Source: Actinomycetes bacterium (GTDB taxonomy: Bacteria > Actinomycetota > Acidimicrobiia > Spongiisociales > SHLN01). From it: a stretch of DNA of 49,637 nucleotides. Below the pieces are notes generated by a model, which searched no databases, was not told where the DNA came from, and was given only the letters and a program-made list of their open reading frames with translations. The stretch covers positions 1-49,637 of the forward strand of contig JAHEJY010000004.1 of NCBI GenBank assembly GCA_024638625.1, written 5' to 3'. Positions 46,126 through 49,637 of the stretch are shown piece after piece. Both the position numbers and the translations under genes were made by a program. Position 1 is the first letter of the stretch; the number at the start of each line of letters is the position of its first letter.

Positions 46126-49050
46126 ATGGCGACCATAGAAGTGCATCCCGGGCGCTGGGATGATGCGATTGCCGATACCGACGGACCGCAGATCGTTGTA
46201 GGAGGGCCTGGAACGGGCAAGACCGAATTCCTCGTGAGGCGCGCCTCCTACCTGATCGAGCGTGGCACGGATCCATCGGCAATCGCAATACTCGGCTTCT
46301 CGCGGCGAGGGGCGGCTGGAATTCGTGATCGAATCGAGGCAAGGCTCGATGAGACCACCGCAGGCATTTCAGCATCTACGTATCACTCGCTGGCGATGAG
46401 GATCCTCGAATCGCATGGCAACTCGGCAGGCGAACCACCGGCGTTGCTCACTGCGCCTGAGCAAGTTGCGTTCGTCGCTGATCTTCTAGCCGCAGAAGAT
46501 CCTGCGAACTGGCCTGCCGCCTATCGGCCGATTCTGCAATCGTCGAGATTCGCCCAGGAGGTCACCGACTTCTTGCTGCGCTGCGCCGAGCAGAGAATCG
46601 GGCCAACCGAAGTCGCGGCATTCGAACGCGATGACTGGAAAGGGCTTCCCGGCTTCTTCGAGAACTATCTCACAAGCTTGGAAGAGGCCGGACGCCTTGA
46701 CTACGGATCGCTCATCGTCCAGGCGGTTGACCTTCTCGACGATCCGATCGTGGCGGAGGCGCTGTCGGAGCAGTTTCAATACGTGCTGGCGGACGAATAC
46801 CAGGACACATCCCATGTTCAGGCTCGCTTCCTCCAGGCACTGGCACGGCATCACCGGAATCTCACCGCAGCTGCCGACCCCTATCAATCCGTCTACAGCT
46901 TTCGGGGAACGGATCTCGCGAACGTTGCCCGGTTTCCCGAGGAGTTCAGAGACGCCGACGGTCGGCCGGCGCGGCGGATCGTGTTGCCGACCTCATTCCG
47001 CGTGCCGGGCGAAATCCTGCGTGCTGCCGAATCGTTGACGACGAACCTGAACCTGCCGGGGGCAGCAGGTCCCGTCGAAGGGGTCGCGAGCGCGGGCCGC
47101 GTCGACGCCCACCGGTTCGACCAGGCGACCGAGGAAGCCGAGTGGATAGCTCGAGAAATCGAGCGAACCCACGTCGTTGATGGCACCGCGTATCAGGACA
47201 TCGCCGTGTTTGTGAGAACAAAGAAGCGTTTCATGTCCGAGTTGTCCCGAGCGCTCGAGCGCCGGGGCATCCCACACAATCGGCCGGATTCCCGCCTCGT
47301 CGACCATCCCGCCGTCCGGATATTGTTCGATCTCGTCACGGCCGCAACCGCCACGGGTGCGGATCAGGATCGGGCCCTTCGCCGGCTCGCACTGGGACCA
47401 CTTCTCGGACTTCCGCCAGGCGAGTTTTACCGGATTTCCCACGAGCAAGGCACCCGCGGTTGGATCAACGTGCTCGGTGAGCACAGCCCTGGCGGAGCGG
47501 CCATCGCAGGATTGATCTCGAACCCGGCGTGGGCGACGACCATGTCGGCAGCAGAAGGTCTCTGGCACATGTGGGAATCCCTACCCCAGGTCGTTGACGT
47601 CGCCAACGATCCGCAGAGACAGAACGAGCGTTTGGGTTGGTCCTCCATCAGCCAGGTACTGGGTCGCCAGTTCGAACGTGACGAAACCGTGACGCTGCAG
47701 CAATACCTCGGCTGGACAGAGAAAGACGATTTCGAGGCCGACCCTTTGCTTCGTCATCAATCGAGTCGCGTTCCAGAGGTGACCCTGACCTCCCTTCATC
47801 AAGCCAAGGGTCTCGAATTCGATACCGTCTTCATTGCAGATGCCGTCGAGGGAGTGTTCCCCGATTTGAGAGCGCGAGAATCGCTTCTGGGCTCGCGACA
47901 TCTGTCCTCATCGCTGCCTGCCGATGTTGTCCAATACCGCCGGTTCCGACTTCAGGAAGAAGCCCGGCTGGCATACACAGCCATGACCCGCGCTTCCCGG
48001 CGTGTGATCTGGACAGCGACCTCCGCAGGTGACGACTTCCGGCCCGGGGGCCCCAGCCGGTTTCTCGATCGGCTCGGCATCCCGGTTGATCGTCCGCCAG
48101 ACAGGATGCTGCCGGTTTCGGTGCTCGAAGGAGAGGCCTGGTTGCGGAGAATCGCAGCCGACCCCGGGGCGGGGATTGCTGCGAGATCGGCGGCCATCGA
48201 ACATTTGGCCAGTGGCCAGGCATGGGGCGGTCGGGATCCCCTTCGCATTGCCGGAGTTCTGCGTCGTGGCTCGAATAGGGGGATCACTACCCCAGGCAAG
48301 CTTCGCCTCTCTCCCAGCCAGGCCGACAGCTATGCCCGCTGCCCCCGTCAGTACGCCCTGGAAAGGCGTCTGCGATTCTCGGATGGTCCGACGGTACACC
48401 TCGCCTTGGGAAACGTCGTGCATCAGGTGATTCATCAGACCGATGTACATCACCCTGATCCCGTCGTCGAAGATGCGCTGACAACCCTGGATGATCGTTG
48501 GGACCCGGCCGACTTTGGCGGACCGCCCTGGGCTGACGCCTGGTATCTGCGCGCCCGTCATATGCTCGAAAACCTCTACAAACATCGCAACCGGAATCAT
48601 GAGGTGGTTGAGTCCGAGTACGACGTCACGCTGGATGCCGGTGGAGTGCAGTGGAGTGGTTCAGTCGATCGTATCGAACGTCGCGGTTCGCAACTCTGGA
48701 TCGTCGATTTCAAGACGTCGAAAACGCCCGCCCGGGCAGACGAAGCCGCCCGATCGATCCAGCTTGGCTTCTACGTTCTGGCCACGCAACAAGACCCGGG
48801 TTTGTCGGCGTTGGGAGAAATCACGGGAGCCGAGCTCTGGTATCCAGCCGTCCCGCAGAAGAAGCAACCCTTTGCGACCCGCCCGTTCAACATGTCGTTT
48901 CTTCCCCAGGTTCGCCAGACGATGTCTGAGCTTGCAGCCGATGTCGAGGCGGAGCGCTGGGATCCGGTGCCGGGAGAGGCCTGTCGCCACTGCACCGTGC
49001 GATCGTCGTGCCCCGCGGTTCCGGAAGGCCAGGAGGCCTATGCCGGATGA
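46126..49050 (+). CDS. adnA: AdnA-like UvrD-type helicase plus RecB-type nuclease
   Basis: GGPGTGKT, ADEYQD, DPYQSVYSFRG, HQAKGLEF, YTAMTRA; C-terminal VDRI...VDFKT and CRHC...CP. Confidence 0.88.
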   Translation: MATIEVHPGRWDDAIADTDGPQIVVGGPGTGKTEFLVRRASYLIERGTDPSAIAILGFSRRGAAGIRDRIEARLDETTAGISASTYHSLAMRILESHGNSAGEPPALLTAPEQVAFVADLLAAEDPANWPAAYRPILQSSRFAQEVTDFLLRCAEQRIGPTEVAAFERDDWKGLPGFFENYLTSLEEAGRLDYGSLIVQAVDLLDDPIVAEALSEQFQYVLADEYQDTSHVQARFLQALARHHRNLTAAADPYQSVYSFRGTDLANVARFPEEFRDADGRPARRIVLPTSFRVPGEILRAAESLTTNLNLPGAAGPVEGVASAGRVDAHRFDQATEEAEWIAREIERTHVVDGTAYQDIAVFVRTKKRFMSELSRALERRGIPHNRPDSRLVDHPAVRILFDLVTAATATGADQDRALRRLALGPLLGLPPGEFYRISHEQGTRGWINVLGEHSPGGAAIAGLISNPAWATTMSAAEGLWHMWESLPQVVDVANDPQRQNERLGWSSISQVLGRQFERDETVTLQQYLGWTEKDDFEADPLLRHQSSRVPEVTLTSLHQAKGLEFDTVFIADAVEGVFPDLRARESLLGSRHLSSSLPADVVQYRRFRLQEEARLAYTAMTRASRRVIWTATSAGDDFRPGGPSRFLDRLGIPVDRPPDRMLPVSVLEGEAWLRRIAADPGAGIAARSAAIEHLASGQAWGGRDPLRIAGVLRRGSNRGITTPGKLRLSPSQADSYARCPRQYALERRLRFSDGPTVHLALGNVVHQVIHQTDVHHPDPVVEDALTTLDDRWDPADFGGPPWADAWYLRARHMLENLYKHRNRNHEVVESEYDVTLDAGGVQWSGSVDRIERRGSQLWIVDFKTSKTPARADEAARSIQLGFYVLATQQDPGLSALGEITGAELWYPAVPQKKQPFATRPFNMSFLPQVRQTMSELAADVEAERWDPVPGEACRHCTVRSSCPAVPEGQEAYAG

Positions 49051-49062
49051 ACGGATGAGAAG

Positions 49063-49637
49063 ATGAACATCGACCCAACGCCCGAACAACTCGCCATCAT
49101 GGAATACGACGCCGGAAAACCTCTTCGGGTAGCCGCGGGAGCCGGGACCGGCAAGACTTCGACGATCGCGTTGCGGCTCGAGACACTCATCTCGCAAGGC
49201 GCGGTAGATCCGGAGACCACACTCGGTATCACCTTCACGGTCAAGGCGGCCGAAGAACTCCAGCATCGTTTGATGACACAACTCCACGAGCTGGCCAAGG
49301 ATGGGCGCATGCCACTCGTGACCACCTACCACGGTTTCGCGTTCTCGATCGTCCAGGAGTTCGGCGGATATGTGGGACTCGAACAGCAAACCCGTGTGAT
49401 CACCCCGGGATTCGGCCGACAGCTCCTGCTCGAGACCTTGAGCGAGGGCCAGTACGAGCACCTCGACTTGACACATGTTCGGGGGCGGATTGAAGAGCTG
49501 GTCGGGCTGGGGTCCGAGCTCTCCAATCACCTCTATCGACCACAGGATCTGTTCGCGGAGGTCGATGCGAACGACGACATCGGAGCCCGGCGCCGCGAGC
49601 TGGCGGCAGTTCTGGCCCGGTACGATGAGAAGAAGCG
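49063..49637 (+). CDS. adnB: AdnB-like ATP-dependent helicase (partial; runs off the right end of the window)
   Basis: Manual translation MNIDPTPEQLAI...AGAGTGKTST...GITFTVKAAEEL...TTYHGF; tandem with adnA. Confidence 0.88.
   Translation, partial: MNIDPTPEQLAIMEYDAGKPLRVAAGAGTGKTSTIALRLETLISQGAVDPETTLGITFTVKAAEELQHRLMTQLHELAKDGRMPLVTTYHGFAFSIVQEFGGYVGLEQQTRVITPGFGRQLLLETLSEGQYEHLDLTHVRGRIEELVGLGSELSNHLYRPQDLFAEVDANDDIGARRRELAAVLARYDEKK

Overview
High-GC (~62%) chromosomal window from an actinobacterium, most likely Acidimicrobiia (inferred from F420 genes cofG/cofH and LLM reductases, DUF2469, InhA-type FabI, AdnAB and actinobacterial gene order). It is mostly core housekeeping genes: rplS/trmD/rimM/khpA/rpsP/ffh, ftsY-smc, mutM-rnc-plsX-rpmF, coaD-rsmD-recG, rpmB, ddl, fabI, nucleoside salvage and ETF. 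No transposase, phage gene, rRNA, tRNA or genuine CRISPR array was seen. The main signal is at 41.1-46.1 kb, where two long intergenic regions look like independently transcribed, highly structured non-coding RNAs: ~310 nt on + (about 42523-42832) and ~730 nt on - (about 45960-45229). The two share a promoter architecture (two CGCGAAA boxes 20 bp apart, the proximal one 26 bp before a TTGAC -35) and a homologous 3' UUCG-capped terminal hairpin. They converge on a ferredoxin-NADP reductase/VOC gene pair, and each lies back-to-back with a RecB-type nuclease gene (a stand-alone nuclease and adnAB). Also present are a dispersed ~80-bp double-hairpin repeat (one cluster supplies the rpmB stop codon), two short tandem-repeat arrays with a common AACCAGTC core, a consensus sigma28-type promoter, and a CofH with an apparently decayed CofG-like N-terminal domain. 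All RNA calls come from manual sequence inspection and need folding, covariation and RNA-seq confirmation.
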